From assembly GCA_035703635.1 (NCBI GenBank), contig DASSXV010000052.1, positions 28,104-92,103 on the forward strand: a stretch of DNA of 64,000 bases, in the 5' to 3' direction. This stretch comes from Trueperaceae bacterium (GTDB lineage Bacteria > Deinococcota > Deinococci > Deinococcales > Trueperaceae). Positions 50,888-59,447 of the stretch are shown here, one piece after another; within the stretch, counting starts at the first letter, position 1; every line of letters begins with the position of its first letter. The translations under genes and the position numbers were made by a program. The notes under the pieces are model-generated. The model searched no databases, was not told the DNA's origin, and worked only from the letters and a program-made list of their open reading frames with translations.

Positions 50888-52168
50888 ATGCTCGACCTGC
50901 GCTTCATTCGCGAGAACCAGGCCGCCGTCAGGCGCGCTATCCAAGCCAAGCAGATGCCAGAAGCCGTCCTCGCCCTCGACCGGCTGCTGCTGGTCGATGA
51001 GGAGTACCGCATCCTCAAGCGCGACCTCGAGGAGGGGCAAGCGCAGCGCAACGCTAACGCGCGCTTGGTTGGTCAACTGAAGCGCGAGGGCCGTGATGCC
51101 GCCGAGCTGATGAGCGCCATGAGCGCCTTGTCCGACGAGGTCAAGCGGCTCGAGGACCGCGAGCGCTCACTGCAAACTCAACTTGACGCGCTCTCCCTCG
51201 AGATCCCGAACTTGCCTCATGAGAGCGTGCCGTACGGGGTGACTGAGCACGACAACGTCGTCTTCAAGGAGTGGGGCGTCAAGCGCGACTTCGGTTTTGC
51301 GCCTGTCCCGCACTGGGACATCCTGACTTCTCACGGTTGGGTCGACTTCGACGCCGGCGTCAAGGTGGCAGGGGCGGGTTTCCCCGTCTTCAAGGGCACG
51401 GGTTCGCGCCTCGTCAGGGCGCTGCGCAACTACTTCCTAGATCGCCTCGATGCCGCCGGTTACTCAGAGATCGTGCCGCCGCTGATGGTGAACGCGGCGT
51501 CCGCCACCGCCACCGGCCAGTTGCCTGACAAGGAGGGGCAGATGTACGAGGTGACGGACGGCTTCTTCCTCATTCCCACCTCGGAGGTGCCCGTCACCAA
51601 CGTGCACCGCGACGAGATCCTCGATCAAGCAGCGCTGCCCATCAAGTACACGGCGTTCACGCCGTGCTTCAGGCGCGAGGCCGGCAGTCACGGGAAGGAC
51701 GTTCGCGGCCTCAACCGCGTGCACCAGTTCGACAAGGTTGAGATGGTGCAGTTCGTGGCGCCTGAGGAGTCGTACGCGGCCTTGGAGGAGATGACGCGTC
51801 ACTCGGAGGCGCTGCTCGAGGAGCTCGGCCTGCCGTATAGGCGCCTGCTGATGTGCACGGGCGACCTTGGCTTCACGCAGGCGAAGAAGTACGACTTGGA
51901 GGTGTGGAGCCCAGGCCAGGAGCGCTGGCTGGAGGTGTCAAGCATCAGCAACATGGAGGCGTTCCAAGCTAACCGCCTCCGCACGCGTGCGCGGCCGGGC
52001 GGCGCGGCGGGCAAGGGCAAGACGGAAGTCGTTCACACCCTTAACGGCAGTGCGCTCGCGTTCCCGCGCACCATCGCAGCGTTAGTCGAGACGTACCAGG
52101 AGCAGGACGGCAGCGTCACCGTCCCCACCGCACTGCGCCCTTACCTAGGGGCTGACAGCTTGCGGTAG
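50888..52168 (+). CDS. serS: Serine--tRNA ligase
   Basis: MLDLRFIREN, IPN.PH.SVP, LIPTSEVP, CFRREAGS, RVHQFDKVE and HTLNGSALA. Start ATG 50888, 7 nt after TAGAAT. Confidence 0.97.
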   Translation: MLDLRFIRENQAAVRRAIQAKQMPEAVLALDRLLLVDEEYRILKRDLEEGQAQRNANARLVGQLKREGRDAAELMSAMSALSDEVKRLEDRERSLQTQLDALSLEIPNLPHESVPYGVTEHDNVVFKEWGVKRDFGFAPVPHWDILTSHGWVDFDAGVKVAGAGFPVFKGTGSRLVRALRNYFLDRLDAAGYSEIVPPLMVNAASATATGQLPDKEGQMYEVTDGFFLIPTSEVPVTNVHRDEILDQAALPIKYTAFTPCFRREAGSHGKDVRGLNRVHQFDKVEMVQFVAPEESYAALEEMTRHSEALLEELGLPYRRLLMCTGDLGFTQAKKYDLEVWSPGQERWLEVSSISNMEAFQANRLRTRARPGGAAGKGKTEVVHTLNGSALAFPRTIAALVETYQEQDGSVTVPTALRPYLGADSLR

Positions 52169-52171
52169 CGC

Positions 52172-52465
52172 TCAGGCGTCGTCGAGGATGCGCGGGACCC
52201 TGAAGAAGCCGTCTTGGGTGTTGGGCGCGAGTGCCAAGGCGGCGGCTCGAGGCAGTGAGGGGGTGGTGCTGTCTGGCCGCATCACCGAGGCGGGAGCTAG
52301 CGGCGGCGTCCACTCAGGTTCGTCATCTACGTCTAGTTCCTGAAGGCGGGCCAGGTAGCCTAGGAGCACTTCTAGGTCGGCGGCCACGGCGTCCGCTTCA
52401 CTCGGTGGGAGTTCCAAGCGCGCTAGGCGCAGTAGGTGCTGTAACCGCTCGTCTGCGTCGCTCAC
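52172..52465 (-). CDS. gatC: Asp/Glu-tRNA amidotransferase subunit GatC
   Basis: HLLRLARLEL...L.ELDVD..P...MRPD...ALALAP..DGFFRVPRIL. Confidence 0.88.
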   Translation of the reverse strand: MSDADERLQHLLRLARLELPPSEADAVAADLEVLLGYLARLQELDVDDEPEWTPPLAPASVMRPDSTTPSLPRAAALALAPNTQDGFFRVPRILDDA

Positions 52466-52490
52466 GCGGGGATGCTAGCACGCCAGGTAC

Positions 52491-53219
52491 CTAGAGGAGC
52501 CCAGCCACCAGATAGAAGATCACGGCGAGCGGCAGCGCAGGCAGCATGGCGGCGACCTTCAGGCGTTTGATCTCGAGCAACCCTAGGCCGAGCGCGACGA
52601 TCATCAGGCCGCCGACGCCGTTCACCAGCAGGACGCTAGGGTCGGTCGTTGGGTCCGGGATGAGGTTCGCGAAGGCGCCGGCCGCCAGCGACAACCCGCC
52701 CTGGTAAATCAGGACGATCACGGCGGAGGCGGCCACGCCGAAGCCTAGGCTCGTCGCGAGCGCCAGGGCGGAGAAGCCGTCGAGCGTCGACTTGAGCACG
52801 AGGAAACCTGCCTCGCCGGTCAGACCGTTCTGGATGCTGCCGAGGAGCGTGAGCGGGCCGACACAGAAGAGCAGCGTCGCGGCAACGAAGCCCTCCGTGA
52901 AGCGCCCACGACCGCGCAGCCTGCGCTTGAGGATCTCGCCGAGGTGCTCGAGCCCAGCTTCGAAGCGCCACCACTCACCTAGCGCGGCCCCGACGGCCAG
53001 GGCAAGGAGACCGATTATCACGCCAGGCGGGTCGCTTACCTTTCCGAGGTCGAAGGCGTTCGCCAGGCCGATGTAGATGGTGACGAGACCGATCGCCTGC
53101 ATGACGGCCGTCGTCACGCGCGGCGGGAGCTTGCCGCGCAGCGCTAAGCCGAGCCCCGACCCGACGAGGACGGTGGCTACGTTGAAGAGCGTGCCCCACG
53201 TCTGGTCGAGCAGCGTCAA
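52491..53219 (-). CDS. DUF554-family membrane protein
   Basis: GTLFNVATVLVGSGLG, FTEGFVAATLLFCVGPLTLLGSIQNGL, KSTLDG and YQG. TTG start overlaps the upstream stop (TTGA). Confidence 0.88.
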   Translation of the reverse strand: MTLLDQTWGTLFNVATVLVGSGLGLALRGKLPPRVTTAVMQAIGLVTIYIGLANAFDLGKVSDPPGVIIGLLALAVGAALGEWWRFEAGLEHLGEILKRRLRGRGRFTEGFVAATLLFCVGPLTLLGSIQNGLTGEAGFLVLKSTLDGFSALALATSLGFGVAASAVIVLIYQGGLSLAAGAFANLIPDPTTDPSVLLVNGVGGLMIVALGLGLLEIKRLKVAAMLPALPLAVIFYLVAGLL

Positions 53220-53851
53220 GGCGTGTGCCCCTCGTCGACTTGCTCTGAAGGAGGCGGCCTGCGTAGTACGAGCACCGTCGTGATGATGCCAGCCAAGAGG
53301 GGGATGCCGACGAGCCAGATCAGCCACGTGGACAGCGACTTAGGTGCGATGGGCGTTGGCGGCAACACGAAGGCGATGGCGCCGTTCACCGCCCCGCCTA
53401 CGGCGAGTTCGACGTTCGCTATGGCCTCCTCGTTGAGGAAGGTCGTGTCGCGAACGCTCAAGGTGTACGCGCCGGTCTCTGGCGCGACGACCTGGCCGAA
53501 GTACACGCCCTTGACGGCCGTCTCAGAGAAGCGCGCGGACGCTACCCGCGGATCGCTAGCGAGGAACTCGCTTGCGTCGCTACCGATGGCGCTGGCGGGG
53601 ACGGCGCCGGAGCCGGCCGCCGGGTCGACGACGCGTAGCTCGATTCTCACGTGCGCCTTCTCGACCGGTACGAGCAGCGTGTCCTCGAGGCGCAGGGTGA
53701 CTTCGAGGGGCGCCCCTGGCACGGGCGGGTCCGGGACAACGCTGAGGTTGCCGATGACGAGCGTTGCGTGCGCGGCCGCTGTGGCGCCGACACCGAGCGT
53801 TACCAGACAGGCGGCCGTAATGAGACCGCGCGTCCACCGCAGCAAGGGCAT
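53216..53851 (-). CDS. Exported beta-sandwich protein with a predicted mature N-terminal His and a C-terminal TM anchor
   Basis: Signal ending ATAAA, then HATLVIG. PDPPVPG.P..V.LRLED and GVYFG.V..PETG.Y recall YtkA/FixH-like strands. C-terminal TM WLIWLVGIPLLAGIITTVLVL followed by RR. Confidence 0.7.
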   Translation of the reverse strand: MPLLRWTRGLITAACLVTLGVGATAAAHATLVIGNLSVVPDPPVPGAPLEVTLRLEDTLLVPVEKAHVRIELRVVDPAAGSGAVPASAIGSDASEFLASDPRVASARFSETAVKGVYFGQVVAPETGAYTLSVRDTTFLNEEAIANVELAVGGAVNGAIAFVLPPTPIAPKSLSTWLIWLVGIPLLAGIITTVLVLRRPPPSEQVDEGHTP

Positions 53852-53852
53852 G

Positions 53853-54725
53853 TCACTCCCCACTAACTGTCGTCTCCAAGTTCCACAAGTACTCGCGCGT
53901 CGTGAGACCCGAGGCGTGCACGTCGGCGGCTAGTTCACGGCCGAGGTAACGGTAGTGCCACGGCTCGTACATGTAACAGGTGATGCTCTCCTTGCCGCTC
54001 GGGTAGCTCATGACGAAGCCGTAACGCCAGGCGTTAGCAGCGGTCCAGGCGCCCTCCGGCGTGGTCGCCCAATCAGCCAGGTCCCAGGCTGGCGGGCCGC
54101 CGCGCGTGCGCAAGTCGAGGGCGGTGCCCAACTGGTGCTCCGAGTGCCCAGCGCGGGCGCTGGAGCGCAACGCCTGCTCGTAGCCGTCCTCGGCAACCCA
54201 CCCATCGAACGTACGCTGCTGGTAGTCGAACGAGCGGTAGGCGGAGATAACCTCTAGCGCTATGCCTGCCGCTTGCGCGTCCTGGACGAGCGCCTGCAGG
54301 TCGGCCACCCCGACCTCCCTGAACAGCATGCCTGCCGGCGCCGCATAGCGGGAGATGCCGGAGAGGGCAGCGCCTAAGTCGACTAGGTCGGTCGGGGCGT
54401 AAGCAGCTGGGAGCATGAAGCGGGTGTCAAGCACCGTATAGGGCCAATCGCCCAACTCCGCACGGGCGGTAGGCTCGTCACCCACTTCGCAACTAGGTAA
54501 CGCGCGCTTGCTAATGGTGCTAACGGCCATGACCCCCTGTTCGGGTTCGGACTGCGTTGGGCTCGGCGCTCCGGCTGGCGCGAGTGGCCCCGCTGGTTCG
54601 CCGCTTTCGGTCGTGGCGGCGACCGGTTCCGGTGTCCCCACGGCCGCCACGGCAGCGACGGCAACCCACACCACCGCCAGCGTGACGAGCGTCAGCGCGG
54701 CGGCGCGCCTGAAGCGCTTCCTCAT
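53853..54725 (-). CDS. M15B (VanY/LdcB-like) zinc carboxypeptidase, membrane-anchored
   Basis: SAYRSFDYQ, SARAGHSEHQLGTALD, ANAWRYGFVMSYP and YEPWHYRYLG. ATG 54725 overlaps the upstream stop (ATGA). Confidence 0.9.
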   Translation of the reverse strand: MRKRFRRAAALTLVTLAVVWVAVAAVAAVGTPEPVAATTESGEPAGPLAPAGAPSPTQSEPEQGVMAVSTISKRALPSCEVGDEPTARAELGDWPYTVLDTRFMLPAAYAPTDLVDLGAALSGISRYAAPAGMLFREVGVADLQALVQDAQAAGIALEVISAYRSFDYQQRTFDGWVAEDGYEQALRSSARAGHSEHQLGTALDLRTRGGPPAWDLADWATTPEGAWTAANAWRYGFVMSYPSGKESITCYMYEPWHYRYLGRELAADVHASGLTTREYLWNLETTVSGE

Positions 54726-56269
54726 GGTAGTGGCCCGAGGACGGTGCCGCGCATCTCCATCGGTTGCGCCAGTATCACGAGCTGCAAGGCGGTGAACGCC
54801 AGGACGTAGAGGGCGACGGGCCACATGGCCAACACCCAGCGCCTGCTGCCGAAATCGCGCCGCGCGATGCGCACGGCAGTCGCAAGGGCCACCCCCGTGT
54901 AGGTGGCGCCGATTAGCGCCTGAATGGGGAAGAGCCAGCGCGTGGGCACCATCTGAGCGAGGCGCCAGTTCGGGTCGAGCAGCAGTCCGCGGTACTCGAA
55001 GAAATGCTGGAACACGGGCACTACGCTAAGCGCCCCCGTGAGGAAATGGAAGACGTAATGTGCGCCCCAGAACCCGAAGCCGAGCGCGACCGTCACGTAA
55101 CCCCAACGCTTGAACGCGGCAAGTGGCCGTGGTCGCAACCCTCCGAGGAGGTCAGCTAGGACGGCGGCGCCGAGCAGCAGGGCTAGGCCAGCAGCGGTGA
55201 CCAGCAGATAAGTGACGGCGAGCAGCAGGAACTCGTCACGCGAACCGATGAAGCTGGAGAGACGCTCGACGAAAACGTAGAACGGGGAGATCATGGCAAG
55301 GGCGTTGACCACGCCCCAGTACGCCAGCAGCACGCCGAGGGCAAGTGCCGAAAGGCCGAAACGCCGTGCCCACGGTTGACGACTTAGTTCGCGCCCGGGC
55401 GCCCTCACCGATAGAGCTACGTTGTCGTATGGGCAGGCCCGCACGCAGTTGAAGCAGTAGGTGCAGTCGAGGTTGCTCGTGATGGTGGGTACTAGCAGGT
55501 CGCTCTCGCAACCAGGGAAGTAACCAACGCCGTTCGGGTTGGTGATCTCGGCCACGGGTATGAACGCCGCCTTGGTAGGCCCGCTTGGCGCCTCGGCGTA
55601 AGTCTCGCGGCCGTGAAGACAAGGCTTGTGGACGCACCTGCGGCACACGTCCGGGTCGACGGCCACTACTTGGCTCGGCGAGACCGTGCTCAATGCGAAG
55701 TTGAAGTTCCCGAGCGGGCAGACGTACCGGCAGAACGTGCCGGCCGGGAACACGGTGTCGACAACCAACGCCGCCCCGAAGTAGCCGATGGCCAGCCAGG
55801 CGGTCAGCCACGGGCTCGCCCACAGGTCGAACGCCTCGTAGCTGATGAAGTACAGGATGGTGATGCCGAGCACGAGCCACTTGTTGCGCAGCATGCGCGG
55901 GAACGTGAAGCTGCGAGGCAAGAGGCGCTTGAGCCCCTTTGACGCTCCGCGCGTGAGCATGAGCGGGCACGCGGCGCAGAAGGCGTTGCCGAAGATGGCG
56001 AGGGCCAATACCACGAGACCTCGGTAATGAAGCCAGGTGGCCGTCGTCGCGACGTTGCGCGGCGCTAACTGCCTGCCCGTAAGCCCGTCGACGATCACGA
56101 ACAACGCAAGCAGCAGGAGTGGGAGTTGGAAGACTAGGCGCCCGTACTTCCAGCGCGCCACGCGCCTCAGGCCCGGCAGGCGGAAGAGGTCGAAGTTGTT
56201 CGGTTGATCGACGAACGGGCCGCTGGCGCGCGGCAGCTCGACCGCGCCTGCGCCGGGTGGCGGCGTCAT
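54722..56269 (-). CDS. Polytopic membrane protein with 4Fe-4S ferredoxin motifs (FixG/CcoG/NapH/FesM-like)
   Basis: FCAACP and FCRYVCP motifs, CRRCVHKPC...GC, CTYCFNCVRACP, and many TM segments. Confidence 0.85.
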   Translation of the reverse strand: MTPPPGAGAVELPRASGPFVDQPNNFDLFRLPGLRRVARWKYGRLVFQLPLLLLALFVIVDGLTGRQLAPRNVATTATWLHYRGLVVLALAIFGNAFCAACPLMLTRGASKGLKRLLPRSFTFPRMLRNKWLVLGITILYFISYEAFDLWASPWLTAWLAIGYFGAALVVDTVFPAGTFCRYVCPLGNFNFALSTVSPSQVVAVDPDVCRRCVHKPCLHGRETYAEAPSGPTKAAFIPVAEITNPNGVGYFPGCESDLLVPTITSNLDCTYCFNCVRACPYDNVALSVRAPGRELSRQPWARRFGLSALALGVLLAYWGVVNALAMISPFYVFVERLSSFIGSRDEFLLLAVTYLLVTAAGLALLLGAAVLADLLGGLRPRPLAAFKRWGYVTVALGFGFWGAHYVFHFLTGALSVVPVFQHFFEYRGLLLDPNWRLAQMVPTRWLFPIQALIGATYTGVALATAVRIARRDFGSRRWVLAMWPVALYVLAFTALQLVILAQPMEMRGTVLGPLP

Positions 56270-56679
56270 TTCGGGGCGACGGTCGTCAGGAGTTCCGTGC
56301 GGGCGCGGGAGCCGCTTGAAGTCGACACGTCTACGGTCACTATCCAGTCGCCGGCCATGGTGAAAGCGAAGCTTTCCGCACGGTAGCTGCCTGGTTGGGT
56401 CTCTGAGGCGGTCGCGGTCACCGGTTGCATGCCAGCGTGGGTCATGTCACCCGTGACCTTCACCGTCGCGCCGCTAACGGGCGTGCCGGCATCGCTCACC
56501 TCGATGAGGACCGGAACGTTGCCGACTACGGGGCTGCCTGCGAGCACTATCGACACCGCCAGCCCACCGCTGGCGGCGGCCTTCGGTTCGGGCGGCTTGC
56601 ACGCCGTGAACAGGAGCGCCGCGGCTAGGGTGAGGATGCTGAGTGACGTGATTCGAACGGTAGGACTAACGTGGTACAT
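56266..56679 (-). CDS. YtkA/FixH-family lipoprotein
   Basis: Lipobox FTAC, G.PVSGA.V...GDMTHAGMQP, E..PG.Y and FTMAGDW. Confidence 0.82.
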   Translation of the reverse strand: MYHVSPTVRITSLSILTLAAALLFTACKPPEPKAAASGGLAVSIVLAGSPVVGNVPVLIEVSDAGTPVSGATVKVTGDMTHAGMQPVTATASETQPGSYRAESFAFTMAGDWIVTVDVSTSSGSRARTELLTTVAPK

Positions 56680-56691
56680 CGCTGCGCAAGG

Positions 56692-57606
56692 CTACCACGC
56701 CTGCGAAACCCGCCCGATGGACCTCAGGTACGTGACCACGCCCACCTCGAGTGCGGCGGCTAGGTCGTCTGGCGCTTGCAGCCAGCTACGGTCGGTTGCG
56801 TTCGAGAGGTAGCCGAGCTCGACCAACAGCGCGGGCGTGCCGCGCGCGACGGCGTGCTTGAAGCGCCGATGGTTGAAGGCGTAGTACTGCAGCATGTTAG
56901 AGGAGACGTTGACGTCATCGTCGGCCAAACCAGTGGCGATAAGCACGGCGCGGTCGACGGTGACCTTGAGCCAGGCCTCGTTAGGGTTACGTGCGGGCCA
57001 GTAGTGCGCGCTCTTGTAGCCGCTCCTCGTGCCGTCCAAGTTCGAGTCCGCATGAACGGAGAGGACGAGGTCGGCGCGGTAACGCGGCGGGATGGTGGCT
57101 GGGAGGACGTCGACGACGGCGCCACGCGCTCGCATGCGCGCGGCCAGCGCCTCGACGACGGCGGCGTTGATGTCCACCTCGTTGAGCCCGGCATGGTGCG
57201 CCCCCGTGCTGTACCTGAGGCTCTCCAGTTCGTCTGGTTGCGCCGCGGCGTCGAGGTGGCCGACCTGCAGCCCGATGCGCACTTCGCCCTTGATGCGGTT
57301 GGCTAGCCACCTTACAGGCCCAGCGCGGTAGACCTTGACCTCGTTCGCGCCTGGGAGCGCGTCACCGAGCCAACTCAGGCCCGTGCTGAGGCCGCCTCCT
57401 ACGGCGGCGACAGCGGCTGGACCGCGCTCCCTGACGGCCGCAGCTACGTTGAGGAGTAGCAGGCAGGCGAGCGCGATGAGGAAACCGCGACCCAGCAGCC
57501 GCCTGCGCCTGCGGCGCCGACCGGGGCCCGCCGCCTCGGGCGGGGCGCCTGAGTGCTGGGGGTGGTTGGCGGGGTTAGTTCCCCTACGCTCCGGGCCGGG
57601 TTCCAC
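56692..57606 (-). CDS. N-acetylmuramoyl-L-alanine amidase (Amidase_3), membrane-anchored
   Basis: Zinc-ligand motifs GLQVGH, NEVDIN, LSVHAD and LLVELGYLSN. Arg-rich N-terminus followed by a TM helix. Confidence 0.85.
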   Translation of the reverse strand: MEPGPERRGTNPANHPQHSGAPPEAAGPGRRRRRRRLLGRGFLIALACLLLLNVAAAVRERGPAAVAAVGGGLSTGLSWLGDALPGANEVKVYRAGPVRWLANRIKGEVRIGLQVGHLDAAAQPDELESLRYSTGAHHAGLNEVDINAAVVEALAARMRARGAVVDVLPATIPPRYRADLVLSVHADSNLDGTRSGYKSAHYWPARNPNEAWLKVTVDRAVLIATGLADDDVNVSSNMLQYYAFNHRRFKHAVARGTPALLVELGYLSNATDRSWLQAPDDLAAALEVGVVTYLRSIGRVSQAW

Positions 57607-57664
57607 GCTCCGATGCTACTCAGCCGTGGCGCAGGCCACAAGCAGGCAGTGATCGTCTCGAGCC

Positions 57665-58465
57665 TCAGCTGTTCGGATCGTCACTTCTGAACCTTGGCGT
57701 GACGAGTTCGGTGTGCTGCCGCTCTTTCGGGTGCCAATCGCGGGTGGCGAACACGTCCAGCTGCTCGTTAGCTCGGCGCCCCGTGGACGCCAGCTGGGTT
57801 TGGCTCTCCGGCTCAACTCGCGAGTGCGGGAAGGCAACGGCGTACCACCTTGGCGCCACGAGGTAGGTGATCCCGGCAGCCACGAGGAGTTCGGCCGGCC
57901 ACTGGGCGCTGGCAGACAGTAGGCTTCCTACGGACACGCCACCTTCTTGGTAGGTGAGCCACAGGATCCCGGCCGTGCCCCAAGTCAGGACGTGGGCCAT
58001 GATCACATCGAACGGCCCGGCCCAGCGCGCGACGCGCGGCGATGGGTAGATGGCCAACCAACCGAGCACGATCAACTCGAAGGTGAAGAGCGTTTCCGTC
58101 ATGCCAGGGAAGACGCCTCCCGCCGTGGCGGCGGCGAACAGCGCACCGGCTAGCAGGCCGACGCTCGGCCCGAACGCTAGCGCGATCACGTAGAGCGGCA
58201 CGCGCGAGGTGGCGGCGGCGCTCCCGATGACCCAGGCTGGCGCAGTGGCAGGTACTAGGTTATCGGCGAGGAGGAGGAGCAGGAAGCCGCTGATTACCGC
58301 CCCTAGTACTCGCAGGACGCTGCGTGGGCGAGTGAGCACGAGGAAATCTCCGCGAGCCAAGCCCGTTCCCAACGCGAACAGTCCAAGCAGCACGGTTGCG
58401 CACGCCGAGTAGAAGAGGATCGGGTCGTCGGTGATGCGGTGCCAGAACTGCGGTTCCAAGCCCAT
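57665..58465 (-). CDS. Hypothetical polytopic membrane protein (weakly ECF S-component-like)
   Basis: About 6-7 hydrophobic helices and VPLYVIALAFGPSVGLLAGAL. Co-oriented between the GT2 and amidase genes. Confidence 0.65.
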   Translation of the reverse strand: MGLEPQFWHRITDDPILFYSACATVLLGLFALGTGLARGDFLVLTRPRSVLRVLGAVISGFLLLLLADNLVPATAPAWVIGSAAATSRVPLYVIALAFGPSVGLLAGALFAAATAGGVFPGMTETLFTFELIVLGWLAIYPSPRVARWAGPFDVIMAHVLTWGTAGILWLTYQEGGVSVGSLLSASAQWPAELLVAAGITYLVAPRWYAVAFPHSRVEPESQTQLASTGRRANEQLDVFATRDWHPKERQHTELVTPRFRSDDPNS

Positions 58466-58482
58466 TCAGCGCACTCGTCCGC

Positions 58483-59370
58483 TCACCATGCCGGCCGTTC
58501 GTCGAGGGTGGCGCCGAACGGCGTGGCGTCGAAGTCGCCTGAGCGCACTATGCGCAGGAGTTCGGCGTGCGCCGCGCGCTCGCCCGGCGTGCGTGCGCAG
58601 AAGCTGCCGGTGGCGGCTTCTGCGTAAACGACGGCACGTTGCGCAGCGAAGAGGGCCGCGGGGTAGTGCCGCTTGCCGACGAGCAGGCCGCCGCGGCGCC
58701 CTTCGAGCTTGAACGCAGGGTGGCTTGGGGTAGACGTGCCTCCCAAGTGAACGATGCTGCTGTCTACGAGGAGGCTGTGGCGACCCGCCGCGCCCAAGCG
58801 CAAGCCGAAGTCTAGGTCCTCGTTCCAGAAACGAAACGCCGTGTCGTAGCCGCCCAGCGCTACCCAGTCCGTGCGGCGGATGAGGTGGAGGCAGCCGGAT
58901 AGCCACGGCACGACCACGCTGCGCGGTGCGGCGACGCCCCTCTCCCGCAGGCGCGCCAGTGCACGGTAGTGACGGGCGTAAAGCGGGCCAAGGTCCTGCG
59001 GTTGGCCGTCCTGGCCGAGAGCAAGCGGTCCAGCTGCGCCTGCGCTACCGTCCGCGGCTAGGGCAGCGATCAAGTCGGAGAAGGTGGTTGGCCGCAACAC
59101 CACGTCCGCGTTCATGAGGGCGACGTACTCGGCTGTGGCGTCAGCCAGGCCGACGTCGACCGCGTGCGAGTAAGAGTGATTGGCGCTAGGGACGTACCTG
59201 ACGTGCGGGTGCTCCGCCGCCACGAGCGCCGCGAACTCGGCGCTCGGGTCGGTGTCGACGAGCCTTACATCGGCTCTTTCGGCGGCGCTTGCCACCTGCC
59301 TGAGGCACTCGAGTGCAAGGTCGGGGGTGCGGTAAGTCACGACCGCAACCGCCAGGCTGGCGTCACCCAT
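58483..59370 (-). CDS. Glycosyltransferase family 2 (WbbL-like)
   Basis: Motifs VVTYRT, LVDT, LMNADV, WLSGC, GGYD.AF..WNEDLDFGLRL and HLGGTS. Confidence 0.88.
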   Translation of the reverse strand: MGDASLAVAVVTYRTPDLALECLRQVASAAERADVRLVDTDPSAEFAALVAAEHPHVRYVPSANHSYSHAVDVGLADATAEYVALMNADVVLRPTTFSDLIAALAADGSAGAAGPLALGQDGQPQDLGPLYARHYRALARLRERGVAAPRSVVVPWLSGCLHLIRRTDWVALGGYDTAFRFWNEDLDFGLRLGAAGRHSLLVDSSIVHLGGTSTPSHPAFKLEGRRGGLLVGKRHYPAALFAAQRAVVYAEAATGSFCARTPGERAAHAELLRIVRSGDFDATPFGATLDERPAW

Positions 59371-59447
59371 GCTCCAAGCATGGCACGCCGCGCCACTTCT
59401 GGAGAGTAGCGGCTTCGCTACACCTCCTCATCTATCGAGGCCTTACC

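Noticed and set aside
52172-52465. gatC without gatA or gatB as a novelty
   Set aside because: Scattered gat genes are already known in Thermus and relatives.
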